Program-made: the position numbers and the translations under genes
Notes under the pieces: generated by a model
What the model saw: the letters and a program-made list of their open reading frames with translations, nothing else
Databases searched by the model: none
Told to the model about the DNA's origin: nothing
In this document: positions 13,152 to 26,338 of the stretch, one piece after another
Numbering within the stretch: position 1 is the stretch's first letter
How the letters are laid out: the number at the start of each line of letters is the position of its first letter
Assembly: GCA_963575745.1 (NCBI GenBank)
Contig: CAUYUJ010000141.1
Location: 62,001-117,710 of the forward strand
From: Prorocentrum cordatum
Taxonomy: Eukaryota
DNA length: 55,710 bases
Direction of reading: 5' to 3'

Positions 13152-14780
13152 CTGGGCGCCGGCGGTAAACCGTCAAGCTTGGTTACCGCCGGGGAACTCG
13201 TAGAGCTTCCAAGCTCGACTTAAGTTGAGAAAACCGAGAGCCCCTACCAACATCCTGACTTATAGTGAATATGTTTTGACCTCTGAATGCGACAAGCGGA
13301 CGCGTCTAATCAGACCGAGTTCAGACCTCTCAATGCGACAGGCGGACGCGTCTAATGTCTGCGGATCGACTCATGTGATTGCCAGCCCTGCAGCCCCGCT
13401 ACAGCCCGAGTAAAGTAGTGAAGTCCGACAGTATCTCTCAGAATAACTCGAAAACTATAATAGTTTCGCAGACCTGTTTCGAGCAGCAGACCAAGTTCTG
13501 AGCTCTCGAATCGACCAACGAACGCGCCTGATGTGTGCATATCGATTTCTATGACCCGCAGCACTATAGCCCTGCCCCAGCACGAGTTGAGTGCAGAAAA
13601 TTGAGAGCACTTTTCACGATGATTCGGACAATACGAATAGTTTTGCGAACCTAGCTCGAGCAGCAGGCCGAGTTCAGAACTTTCGATGCAACAGACGAAC
13701 GCGCCCGATAATTCTCAATCGATTTCTGACTGTAGGCTCTGTAGCTGCCTACAGCTCGAGTTAAGTACAGAAAATGCCGAGAGCGTTTGTCAAGATGACT
13801 CGAATAATACGAATAGGTTTGCGGACCTAGCTTGGCTAGCGGACCGAGTTCAGACCTATGGAGTCAAGAGGCGAACGCGCCTGATGATTCTGAGTGCGAT
13901 AGGTGTGCTTACCAGCACTGTAGCTGCCCTACAGCTCGAGTTAACTAGAAAATACCGACAACGCGTATCAAGTTGACTCGAATAATACGAATAGGTTAGC
14001 GGACCTAGCTCGGCTCGCAGACCGATTTCAGACCTATGGATTCAACAGACGAGCGCGCGGGACAATTCTGAGTGCGATAGCTGTGCTTACATACCGACAG
14101 CGCGTATCAAAATCATTCGAAACGGTCGTTCCCGCCTGCCTGCTTTTTGGCCTTCAAAGTTACCCGATCGAGCTGAGATCAAGATGGCGAGCGGGAATAA
14201 GATCGAATATCATGGGAAAAAATACTAGAGCTCTAACGAATGGTCAAATTTCCAGAACTGGCGCCGGCGGTGAACCGTCAACCTGGTCACCGCCGGGAAC
14301 CTCGTAGAGCTCCTTGCATCCGTGACAAAGCTCAGGATCAAAGCGAGAGCTTCTGGCAGCTTTTCTACAAAAACTTCAAGTTGAGATGTTTCGGAGTCAA
14401 CATGAAGTCGTTTGCTCCAAGTAAACTGGTATTAAAAATGGCTCTAGAGAGCTCAGCTGCTCAGGGAACGAAGTTTATATGTCAATGCTCGGAGTAAAAA
14501 TCTGCCTTCTCAAAATGAATGGTCAAATATCTTTCAAATCTTAGCAAAACCGACCAAAAGTTAATACTTTCTCCTTTCTGGCCGGGTCGCCAACTAGCTC
14601 CATCCCGCGCCGGAATTCCTCTAGCTCATCGATGCCGAAGAGCTCTACGAGGTACAAAATTTTCAACCGACCACAAGTCAGCAAAAGTTCCGTCGAGATT
14701 TTTCGTGCCAACTAGCTCTCCAGCGCGCCGGAATTACTCTTAAGCTTCCAGCAACTAGCTTAGGGAAGCTCTACGGGTCA
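13152..14780 (-). mobile_element. Long-family element containing a nested 397-bp element at 14258-14654
   Basis: Removing 14258-14654 restores ...agaa|caaaattttcaaccgacc, as seen uninterrupted in sister copies. No duplication at the site. Confidence 0.85.
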
Positions 14781-17700
14781 CTAGCATTACCCTGCGCCCG
14801 AATTCCTCTTAGCTCTTTGCCGAAGAGCTCTACGAGGTACTGGGCGCCGGCGGTAAACCGTCAACCTTTCTTACCGCCGGGGGACTCGTAGAGCTTCCTG
14901 ACAATATATATTGTGCAAGAGAATTTCAGAGAAGGACTAGTTTTTCAGCCCAAGCGATTATAGACCTCTCAAGATGACTCTAACAAAACAGACGAACAGT
15001 TTTCCAATCGAGCTCGAGTATGAAACCGAGTGCAGACCTCTGAATGCGACAGGCGGACGCGTCTGATGTCTGCGCATCGATTCCTGTGCTTACCAGCTCT
15101 GCAGCCCCCCATACAGCCTGAGTTAAGTGCAGAAAACCGAGAGCACCTCTCAGAATGACTCGAATAATACAACAGTTTCGCGGATCTCATTCGAGCAGCA
15201 GACTGAGTTTCGAGCTCTCGATTCGACGAACCGACGCGCCTGATGTCTCGAAATCGATTGCTGCGACCAGCAGCACTGCAGCCCTCCCCCAGCACGATTT
15301 AAGTACAGAAAACCAAGAGGACTTCTCAAGATGACTCGAGCAATACCAATAGGTTCGCGAACCTAGCTCGGGGCGCAGGCCGAGTTCAGAGCTCTTCATT
15401 CAACAGACGAACGCGCCTGATAATTCTGAATCGCTATAATTATCAGCTCTGTGGCTGCCCTACAGATCGAGTTGAGTACGAAAAACCGAGAGCGTCTGCT
15501 ACAATGACTCCAATAATACGAATAGGTTTGCGACCCTAGCTCGGCTAGCAGACCGAGTTCAGACCTCTGGATTCAACAGGCGAACGCGCCTGATCATTCT
15601 GAATGCATTAGCTGTGCTGACCAGCTCTGTAGCTGTGCTGAAGCTCGAGTTATCTTCACAAAACCGACAGCGCGTATCAAGATGACTCGAAACGGCCGTT
15701 CCATGTTGGCCTTCAAAGTTACCCGATCGAGCTGAGATCGAGATGGCAAGCGGGAATAAGATCGAATATCATGGGAAAAAATACTAGAGCTCTAACGAAT
15801 GTTCAAATTTCGAGAACAAAAAAATTCAACCGATCAAAAGTCACCAAAGGGTCCGTCGAGATTTTTCTTGCCAACTGGGCGCCGGCGGTAAACCGTCAAC
15901 CGTTCTAACCGCCGGGGGACTCGTAGAGCTTCCTCACAATATATAATGTGGCAAAGAATTTCAGAGAACGAACAGTTTTCCAATCGAGCTCGAGTATGAA
16001 ATCGAGTTCAGATTACCAGCTCTGCAGCCCCATACAGCCTGAGTTAATTAAGTCCAGAAAACCGAGAGTACCTCTCAGGATGACTCGAATAATACAACAG
16101 TTTCGCGCTCGTTCGAGCAGCAGACCGAGTTCCGAGCTCTCGGTTCGACGAACGGACGCGCCTGATGTCTCGAAATCGATTCCTGTGACCAGCAGCACTG
16201 TAGCCCCCCCCCCCAGCACGATTTAAGTACAGAAAACCGAGAGCACTTCTCAAGATGGTTCGCGAACCTAGCTCGGGGAGCAGGCCGAGTTCGGAGCTCT
16301 TGATTCGACAGACGAACGCCGCTGATAATTCTCAATCGATTTCTGTGATTATCAGCTCTGTGGCCTCCCTACAGATCGAGTTAAGTACGACAAACCGAGA
16401 GCGTCTGCTACAATGACTCGAATAATACGAATAGGTTTGCGACTCTAGCTCGGCTAGCAGACCGAGTTCAGACCTCTGGATTCAACAGGCGAACGCGCCT
16501 GATCATTCTGAATGCATTAGCCGTGCTCGCCAGCTCTGTAGTTGTCCTGAAGCTCGAGTTATCTTGAGAAGACCGATAGCGCGTATTAAGATGACTCGAA
16601 ACGGCCGTTCCCGCCTGTCTGCTTTTTGGCCTTCAAAGTTACCCGATCGAGCTCAGATGAAGATGGCGAGCGGGAATAAGATCGAACATGATGAGAAAAA
16701 TACTAGAGCTCTAACGAATGGTCAAATTTTGAGAACAAAATTTTCAACCGACCAAAAGTCACCAAAAGGTCCGTCGAGATGTTCCTTGCCAACTAGCTCT
16801 CCAGCGCTCCGGAATTACTCTGAAGCTTCCAGCAATAACTGGCGCCGGCGGTGAACCATCAACCTGGTCACCGCCGGGAACCTCGTAGAGCTCCTAACAC
16901 GCGTAAGAGCGCTTACTACCAAAAGAGAGGGCTTCTGGAAGAATTTCTCGGAAATCAAAAAACATGATTTTTTTCATGTCGAGATAGAGTTCGTTTCGCC
17001 AAGTGTTTCGATAGTAAAAGTGCATGTACAGAGCTCATATTAAGATGCTGAGGCCCTCATAATCGTCTACAGGTGCGAAAAATCTGCTTTCTCAAAATAA
17101 ATGGTCAAATATATTTCAAAAAATCGCAAAACCACCTAAAAGTTGTCACATTGTCCGTTCTGGTCGGATCGACCAACTGGCCCCGGCGGTGAACCGTCAA
17201 CCTGGTCACCGCCGGGAACCTCGTAGAGCTCTTTCTATCCGTCAGAAAGCTCAGGATCAAAGCGAGAGCTTCTGGGAGCTTTTCTCCAAAAACGTCAAGT
17301 TGTGATTTTTCGGAGTCAACATGAAATCGGTTCCTCCAAGTGAACTGATACTGAAAACTGCTCTAGAGAGCTGAGCTGCTCAGGGAACAAAGTTTATATG
17401 TCAATGTTCTGAGTAAAAATCTGCTTTCTCAAAATGAATTTTCGAATATCTTTCAAATCTTCGCAAAACCGACCAAAAGTTATCACATCTTCTTTTCTGG
17501 TCGGGTCGGCCAACTAGCTCCACCCCGCGCCGGAACTGGCGCCGGCGGTAAACCGTCAACCTTTCTTACCGCCGGGGGACTCGTAGAGCTTCCTGATACT
17601 ATATACTGTGGAAAAAACTCCAAAGAACGACTATATTATTAAGCCCAAGCGATTTCAGACCTCTCAAGATAACGCTAACGAAAAACGAACAGTTTCGCAA

Positions 17701-18993
17701 CCCAGTTCGAGTATCAAACCGAGTTCAGGCCTCTGAATGCGACAGGCGGGCGCGTCTGATGTCTGCGAATCCAATGCTGTGATTCCCAGCCCTGAAGCCC
17801 CGCTACAGCCCGAGTTAAGTGCAGAACACCGACAGTATCGACTCGAATAATATAATAGTTTTGCGAACCTAGTTCGAGCAGCAGACCGAGTTCCGAGCTC
17901 TGGAATCGACCGGAAGACGCGCCTGATGTGTGCAAATCGATACATGTGACCTGCAGCACTGCCCTCCCCGAGCACGAGTTGAGTGCAGAAAATTGAGAGC
18001 ACGTCTCAAGATCATTCGGACAATACGAACAGTTTCGCGAACCTAGCTCGGGCAGCAGGCCGAGTTCAGAGCTCTTGCTTCAACAGACGAACGCGTCTGA
18101 TAATTCTCAATCGATATCTGTCACAATGAGCCCTGGAGCTGCCCTTCAGCTCGAGACAAGTACAGAAAACCGAGAGCGTCTATCAAGATCACTCGAATAA
18201 TACGAATAGGTTTGCGAACCTAGCTCGGCTGGCAGACCGAGTTCAGACCTCTCGATTCAATAGGCGAACGCGCGTGATAATTCTGAGTGCGATAGCTGTG
18301 CTCACCAGCTACCTAGAGCTCGAGTTGAGTAGAAAATACCGACAGCGCGTATCAAGATGACTCGAAACGGCCGTTCCCGCCACAGTGCTTTTTGGCCTTC
18401 AAAGTTACCCGATCGAGCTGAGATCAAGATGGCGAGCGGGAATAAGATCGAATATCATGGCAAAAAATACTAGAGCTCTAACGAATGGTCAAATTTCGAG
18501 AACTTGTAAGCGTCCAAAACCCGGATAGCGAAGCCAAGGGACCTCTGCCAGGCCGCCTGAAACGATGCGCGGGACGCTGGACACCTCGCAGGAGACGCTT
18601 GCAGGGGCGCCGTTTACGATGCGTGGAGCCCTGCAAAGCGCGCAAAGAAGATCTGCCTAGGAGCCTGGAAGAACTGCCGAAGCTCTGCCGAAGCTCTGCC
18701 GAAGCGCTTCGCGCACCCTGGAGCTACGCGTAATGGGAAACGCTGGGAAGCCACGCTCCCGGACCCGCTGCAACCTTCGGCGAGTTTCTCCGGCGAGCGT
18801 GGACCGGCGGAGGTGGGCGTGTCCTCCTCACCACCCACCGCCGGCTTCTTCTCTGAAACCCTCAGCTCTCCAAGGAGCTATCCGGGAACAAAATTTCCAA
18901 CCGACCAAAAGTCAGCAAAAGGTCCGTCGAGATTTTCCTTGCCAACTAGCTCTCCAGCGCTCCGGAATTACTCTTTTCTGCTTCCAGCAATAA

Positions 18994-21900
18994 CTGGGCG
19001 CCGGCGGTAAACCGTCAACCTTGGTTACCGCCGGGGGACTCGTAGAGCTCCTAACTCGACTTAAGTTGCGAAAACAGACAGCACTTACCAACAATCTGAC
19101 TTACGGTGAATAGTTTTTGACCTCTAAATGCGACATACGGACGCGTCTCATGTCCGCGAATCGACTACTGCCATTACCAGCCCTGCAGCCCCCCTACAGC
19201 CCGAGTTGAGTGCAGAAACTCGACAGCACCTCTCAGGATGACTCGAACAATAGGAATAGCTTCGCAGACCTAGTTCGGGCAGCAGACAGAGTTCAGAGCT
19301 CTTTATTCAAAATCCGGACGCGCCTGATGTCTTCAAATCGATCCCAGTGATTACCAGCCATGCAGCCCCCCCTACAGCCCGAGTTGAGTGCAGATAACCG
19401 ACATAATCTTGCAAGCGACTCGAACGATACGAATAGTTTCGCGATTCTAGATCGGCAGCAGACCGAATTCAGAGCTCTGGAGTCGACAGACAAACGCAAA
19501 TGATCATTCTGAATTGGTGCCTCTGAATACGAGCTCTGTAGCTGTCCTACAGCTCGAGTTAAGTGCGGAAAAACCGGGCGTTTCTGTCAAAATGACTCGA
19601 ACATTACGAACAGGTTTGTGGCCCTAGATCGGCTAGCAGACCGAGTTCAGACCTCTGGGTTCAACAGGCGAACACGCCTGATCATTCTGCATGCATTAGC
19701 TGTGCTTACCAGCTCTGTAGCTGTCCTAGAGCTCGAGTTATGTTCAGAAAACCGTCAGCGCATGTCAAGATGGTTCAAAACGGCCGATCCCGCCACAGTG
19801 TTTTTCGATAGTAATATTCACCCGATCGAGCTGAGATCAAGATGGCGAGCGGGAATAAGATCGAATATCACGGGAAAAAAATACTAGAGCTCTAACGAAT
19901 GTTCAAATTTTGAGAACAAAATTTTCAACCGAGCGAAAGTTGTCAAACTGGGCGCCGGCGGTAAACCGTCAACCTTTCTTACCGCCGGGGGACTCGTAGA
20001 GCTTCCTGACAGTATATAATGTGGAAAAGAATTTCAGAGAACGACTAGTTTTTCAGCCCGAGCGATTCTAGACCTCTCAAGATGACTCTAACAAACAAAC
20101 GAACAGTTTTCCAATCGAGCTCGAGTATGAAACCGAGTTCAGACCTCTGCATGCGACAGGCGGACGCGTCTGATGTCTGCGGATCGATTCCTGTGATTAC
20201 CAGCTCTGCAGCCCCCCATACAGCCTGAGTTAAGTGCAGAAAACCGAGAGTATCTCTCAGGATGACTCGAATAATACAACAGTTTCGCGGATCTCGTTCG
20301 AGCAGCAGACCGAGTTCCGAGCTCTCGGTTCGACGAACGGACGCGCCTGATGTCTCGAAATCGATTCCTGTGACCAGCAGCACTGTAGCCTCCCCCAGCA
20401 CGATTTAAGTACAGAAAACCGAGAGCACTTCTCAAGATGACTCGAACAATACCAATAGGTTCGCGAACCTAGCTCGGGGAGCAGGCCGAGTTCAGAGCTC
20501 TTGATTCAACAGACGAACGCGCCTGATAATTCTCAATCGATTTCTGTGATTATCAGCTCTGTGGCTGCCCTACAGATCGAGTTAAGTACGAAAAACCGAG
20601 AGCGTCTGCTACAATGACTCGAATAATACGAATAGGTTTGCGACCCTAGCTCGGCTAGCAGACCGAGTTCAGACCTCTGGATTCAACAGGCGAACGCGCC
20701 TGATCATTCCGAATGCATTAGCTGTGCTGACCAGCTCTGTAGTTGTCCTGAAGCTCGAGTTATCTTGAGAAAACCGACAGCCCGTATCAAGATGACTCGA
20801 AACGGCCGTTCCCGCCTGCCTGCTTTTTGGCCTTCAAAGTTACCCGATCGAGCTGAGATCAAGATGGCGAGCGGGAATAAGATCGAATATCATGGGAAAA
20901 AATACTAGAGCTCTAACGAATTGTCAAATTTCGAGAACAAAATTTTCAACCGACCAAAAGTCAGCAAAAGTTCCGTCGAGATTTCTCTTGCCAACTAGCT
21001 CTCCAGCTCCCCGGAATTACTGGGCGCCGGCGGTAAACCGTCAACCTTTGTTACCGCCGGGGGACTCGTAGAGCTTCCTGACAACATATACTGTCGGAAA
21101 AAATTGCAGAGAACGAATAGTTTTTGAGCCCAACTCGAGTATCAGACCGAGTCCAGACCTCTGAATGCGACAGACGGACGCGTCTGATGTCTCCGAATCG
21201 ATTCCTGTGATTACCCGCCCTGCAGCCTCCCTACAGCCCGAATTGAATGCAGAACGCCGACAGTAGCTCTCAAGCTAACTGGAAGAATACGAACAGTTTC
21301 GTGATTCTCGATCGGCTAGCAGACCGAGTTCAGACCTCTGGATTCAACAGGCGAACGCGCCTGATGATTCTGAGTGCGGTAGGTGTGCTTACCAGCACGG
21401 TAGCTGCCCTACAGCTCGAGTTAAGTGGAAAATACCGACAACGCGTAGCAAGTTCACTCGAATAATACGAATAGGTTTGCGCACCTAGCTCGGCTAGCAG
21501 ACCAAGTTTAGACCTATGGATTCAACAGGCGAACGCGTCTGATCATTCTGAGTGCGATAGGGGTGCTTACCAGCGCAGTAGCTGCCCTACAGCTCGAGTT
21601 AAGAGGAAAACACCGACAACGTGTATCAAGTTGACTCGAATAATACGAATAGGTTTGCGTACCTAGCTCGGCTAGCAGACCGAGTTTAGACCTATGGATT
21701 CAACAGGCGAACGCGTCTGATCATTCTGAGTGCGATAGGGGTGCTTACCGGCACTGTAGCTGTCCTATAGCTCGAGTTAAGTAGAAAATATCTACAACAC
21801 GTGTCAAGTTGACTCGAATAATACAAACAGGTTTGCGAACCTAGCTCGGCTGACAGACCGAGTTCAGACCTCTGGGTTGAACAGGCGAACGCGCCTGATC

Positions 21901-22375
21901 ATTCTGCATGAGTTAGCTGTGCTTACCAGCTCTGTAGCTGCTCTAGAGCTCGAGTTATGTTCAGAAAACCGTCAGCGCATATCAAGATGACTCGAAACGG
22001 CCGATCCCGCCACCGTGCTTTTTGGCCTTCAAAGTTACCCGATCGAGCTGAGATCAAGATGGCGAGCGGGAATAAGATCGAATATCACGGGAAAAAATAC
22101 TAGAGCTCTAACGAATGGTCAAATTTCGAGAACAAAATTTTCAACCGAGCAAAAGTCACCAAAAGTTCCGTCGAGATTTTTCGAGCCAACTAGCTGTGGG
22201 CGCGCCGGAATTACTCTTAGCTTCCAGCTATAACTAGCTAAGGGAAGCTCTACGAGTTACTCTTAAGCTTCCAGCAATAACTAGCTAAGGGAAGCTCTAC
22301 GAGTTAAGTTCAGTCGAGTTTTTTCGAGCCAACTAGCTGTGGGGCGCGCCGGAATTACTCTTAAGCTTCCAGCAA
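18994..22375 (-). mobile_element. Three-level nest of long-family elements: 18994[19948[21020-22259]22306]22375
   Basis: Junctions rejoin at gaatta|ctcttaagc and gttgtcaaa|agttcag, matching empty sites in other copies. Confidence 0.85.
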
Positions 22376-23409
22376 CTGGGCGCCGGCGGTAAACCGTCAA
22401 CCTTTGTTACCGCCGGGGGACTCGTAGAGCTTCCTGACAACATATAATGTCGAAGAAAATTGCAGAGAACGAATAGTTTTTCAGCCCAACTCGAGTATCA
22501 GACCGAGTTCGGACCTCTGAATGCAGCAGACAGAGGCGTCTGATGTCTCCGAATCGATTCCTGTGATTACCCGCCCTGCAGCCCCCCTACAGCCCGAGCT
22601 AAGTGCAGAACGCCGACAGTAGCTCTGAAGATGACTGGAAGAATACGAACAGTTTCGTGATTCTAGATCGCGCAGCAGACGGAGTTCAGAGCTCTGAATT
22701 CAACAGGCGAACGCGCCTGATTATTCTGAGTGCGATGGGCGTGCTTACCAGCACTGTAGCTGCCCTACAGCTCGATTAAAGTAGGAAATACCGACAACGC
22801 GTATCAAGTTGACTCGAATAATACGAATAGGTTTGCGGACCTAGCTCGGCTAGCAGACCGAGTTCAGCCCTATGGATTCAACAGGCGAACGCGCCTGATG
22901 ATTCTGAGTGCGATAGCTGTGCTTACAAGCTCTGTAGCTGCCCTACAGCTCGAGTTAAGTAGAAAATACCGACAACGCGTATCAAGTTGACTCGAATAAT
23001 ACGGATAGGTTTGCGGACCTAGCTCGGCTAGCAGACCGAGTTCAGCCCTATGGATTCAACAGGCGAACGCGCCTGATGATTCTGAGTGCGATAGCTGTGC
23101 TTACAAGCTCTGTAGCTGCCCTACAGCTCGAGTTAAGTACAAAATACCGACAGCGCATATCAACATGACTCGAAACGGCCGTTCCCGCCAGAGTGCTTTT
23201 TGGCCTTCAAAGTTACCCGATCGAGCTGAGATCAAGATGGCGAGCGGGAATAAGATCGAATATCACGGGAAAAAATACTAGAGCTCTAACGAATTGTCAA
23301 ATTTCGAGAACGAAATTTTCAACCGACCAAAAGTCACCAAAAGTTCCGTCGAGATTTTTCTTGCCAACTAGCTCTCCAGCGCGCCGGAATTACTCTTAGC
23401 TTCCAGCTA

Positions 23410-25092
23410 CTGGCGCCGGCGGTGAACCGTCAACCTGGTTACCGCCGGGAACCTCGTAGAGCTCCTTTCTCGCGTGAGAGTGCTCAGAGTCGAAAGAGAG
23501 AGCTTCTGGAAGCATTTCTCGAAAAAGGGAAAAGTTGTTTTTTTTCGTGTCGACATGAAGATGGTTCCGCCAAGTGTTTTGATAGTAAAAGTGCGCCTAC
23601 AGAGCTCATATTAAGACAGAGAGGCCCTCATATTCGTTTACAGGTGCGAAAAATCTGCTTTCTTGAAATGAATTGTCAAATATTTTTCAAAAAATTGCAA
23701 AACTACCCAAAAGTTATCACTTTGTCCTTTCTGGCCGGGTCGACAACTGGGCGCCGGCGGTAAACCGTCAACCTTTCTTACCGCCGGGGGACTCGTAGAG
23801 CTTCCTGACAATATATACTGTGGGAAAAATCTCCAAAGAACGACTATTTTCAAGCCCAAGCGATTTCAGACCTCTCAAGATAACGCTAACAAAAAACAAA
23901 CAGTTTCGCAACCCAGTTCGAGTATCAAACCGAGTTCAGACCTCTGAATGCGACAGGCGGGCGCGTCTGATGTCTGCCAACCCACTCATGTGATTCCAGC
24001 CCTAAAGCCCCCCTACAGCCCGAGTTAAGTGCAGAAAACCGACAGTATCGACTCGAATAATATAATAGTTTTGCGAACCTAGTTCGAGCAGCAGACCGAG
24101 TTCCGAGCTCTGGAATCGACCGAAAGACGCGCCTGATGTGTGCAAATCGATATATGTGACCTGCAGCACTGTAGCCCTCCCCCAGCACGAGTTGAGTGCA
24201 GAAAAATTAAGAGCACGTCTCAAGATCATTCGGACAATACGAACAGCTTCGCGAACCTAGCTCGGGCAGCAGCCGAGTTCAGAGCTCTCGGTTCAATAGA
24301 CGAACGCGACTGATGATTCCCCATCGATGTCTGTCACAATGAGCCCTGTAGCTGCTCTACAGCTCGAATTTAAGTACAGAAAACCGAGAGCGTCTATCAA
24401 GATGACTCGAATAATACGAATAGGTTTGCAGACCTAGCTCGGCTAGCAGACCGAGTTCAGACCTCTGGATTGAACAGGCGAACGCGCGTGATGATTCTGA
24501 GTGCGATAGGTGTGCTTACCAGCACTCTAGCTGCCCTAAAGCTCGAGTTAAGTACAGAAAACCGAGAGCGTCTATCAAGATGACTCGAAGAATACGAATA
24601 GGTTTGCGGACCTAGCTCGGCTGGCAGACCGAGTTCAGACCTCTGGATTCAACAGGCGAACGCGCCTGATAATTCTGAGTGCGATAGCTGTGCTTACCAG
24701 CTCTGTAGCTGCCCTACAGCTCGAGTTAAGTACAAAATACCGACAGCGCGTATCAAGATGACTCGAAACGGTCGTTCCCGCCGGGACGCTTTTTGGCCTT
24801 CAAAGTTACCCGATCGAGCTGAGATCAAGATGGCGAGCGGGAATAAGATCGAATATCAAGGGAAAAAATACTAGAGCTCTAACGAATTGTCAAATTTCGA
24901 GAACAAAATTTTCAACCGACCAAAAGTCACCAAAAGGTCCGTCGAGATTTTTCTTGCCAACTAGCTCTCCAGCGCTCCGAATTACTCTTAAGCTTCCAGC
25001 AATAACTTGCTGGGGGAAGCTCTACGAGTTACTAGCTCCACCCCGCGCCGGAATTCCTCTAGCTCATCGATGCCGAAGAGCTCTACGAGGTA
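23410..25092 (-). mobile_element. Short element (23410-23746 plus 25032-25092) with a complete nested long element (23747-25031)
   Basis: Both pairs of termini are present and the host rejoins at caa|ctagctcc. Confidence 0.85.
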
Positions 25093-26327
25093 CTGGGCGC
25101 CGGCGGTAAACCGTCAACCTTTCTTACCGCCGGGGGACTCGTAGAGCTTCCTGACAATATATAATGTGGAAACGAATTAGAGAACGACCAGTTTTCGCTT
25201 ATGAACCTCCAAAGATGACTCTAACAAAAACAGTTTCGCAGATTTCGTTCGAGCAGCAGACCGAGTTTCGAGCGATCGGTTCGACGAACGGACGCGCCTG
25301 ATGTCTCGAAATCGATTCCTGTGACCAGCAGAGCTATAGCCCTCCCCCAGCACGATTTATGTACAGAAAACCGAGAGCACTTCTCAAGATGACTCGAACA
25401 ATACGAATGGGTTCGCGAACCTAGCTCGGAGAGAAGGCCGATTTCAGAGCTCTTGATGCAACAGACGAACGCGCTTGATAAGTCTCAATCGATTTCTGTT
25501 AGTATGAGCTCTGTGGCTGCCCTATAGATCGAGTTAAGTACGAAAAACCGAGAGCGTCTGCTACAATGACTCGAATAATACGAATAGGTTTGCGACCCTA
25601 GCTCGGCTAGCAGACCGAGTTCAGACCTCTGGATTCAACAGGCGAACGCGCCTGATCAATTCTGAAGCATTAGCTGTGCTGACCAGCTCTGTAGGTGTCC
25701 TGAAGCTCGAGTTATCTTGAAAAACCGACAGCGCCTATCAAGATGACTCGAAACGGCCGTTCCGGGCCTGCCTGCTTTTTGGCCTTCAAAGTTACCCGAT
25801 CGAGCTGAGATCAAGATGGCGAGCGGGAATAAGATCGAATATCATGGGAAAAAATACTAGAGCTCTAACGAATGGTCAAATTTCGAGAACGAAATTTTCA
25901 ACCGACCAAAAGTCACCAAAAGGTCCGTCGAGATTTTTGTTGCCAACTAGCTCTCCAGCTCCCCGGAACTGGCGCCGGCGGTGAACCGTCAACCTGGTCA
26001 CCGCCGGGAACCTCGTAGAGCTCCTAGCACGCGTGAGAGTGCTCAGCATCCAAGCAGAGAGCTTCTGGAAGCATTTCTCGAAGAAGCGAACACATGATTT
26101 TTTTTCATGTCGACATGAAGTTGGTTCCGCCAAGTGTTTTGATAGTAAAACTGCATGTAGAGAGCTCACATTAAGATGCAGAGTCCCTCATAGTCATCTA
26201 CAGGTGCGAAAAATCTGCTTTCTCACAATAAATGGTCAAATATCTTTCAAAAAATCGCAAAACCACCCAAAAGTTATCACATTGTCCGTTCTGGTCGGGT
26301 CGACCAACTGGCGCCGGCGGTAAACCG

Positions 26328-26338
26328 TCAACCTGGTT
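26328..26338 (+). repeat. Target-site duplication copy 1 (TCAACCTGGTT); other copies at 32161-32171 and, as AACCTGGTT, at 38133-38141
   Basis: Direct repeats at all three retrotransposon junctions. Confidence 0.93.

Larger units (their letters stand above)
1..26307 (-). mobile_element. Nested cluster of ~30 non-autonomous Helentron/Helitron2-like (HINE/DINE-1-type) elements
   Basis: A left terminus of the type ctg(g)gcgccggcggtRaaccgtcaacc-N3/4-tYaccgccgggRaMctcgtagagct (some copies degenerate) starts at about 350, 686, 1148, 2222, 2376, 2712, 3767, 4981, 5325, 6982, 8567, 9727, 9997, 10397, 12456, 13152, 14258, 14840, 15875, 16839, 17177, 17536, 18994, 19948, 21020, 22376, 23410, 23747, 25093 and 25969. 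Right termini end in agctctacgag(g/t)(t/c)a, the inverse of the motif next to the hairpin. No TSDs. This layout (5' subTIR with a local inverted repeat, 3' subTIR plus hairpin, internal tandem repeats) matches the known Helentron/DINE-1 architecture. Confidence 0.82.

Noticed and set aside
420..26323. Dozens of short ORFs in the repeat nest
   Set aside because: They are recurrent translations of the same non-coding repeats with inconsistent frames and stops between copies, and show no recognisable domains.
350..26338. CRISPR array or integron attC cassette array (palindromic repeat with variable intervening DNA)
   Set aside because: The intervening segments are 0.15-1.6 kb, are themselves repeated families with paired termini and nest inside one another. 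There is no cas or integrase gene and no cassette ORFs.
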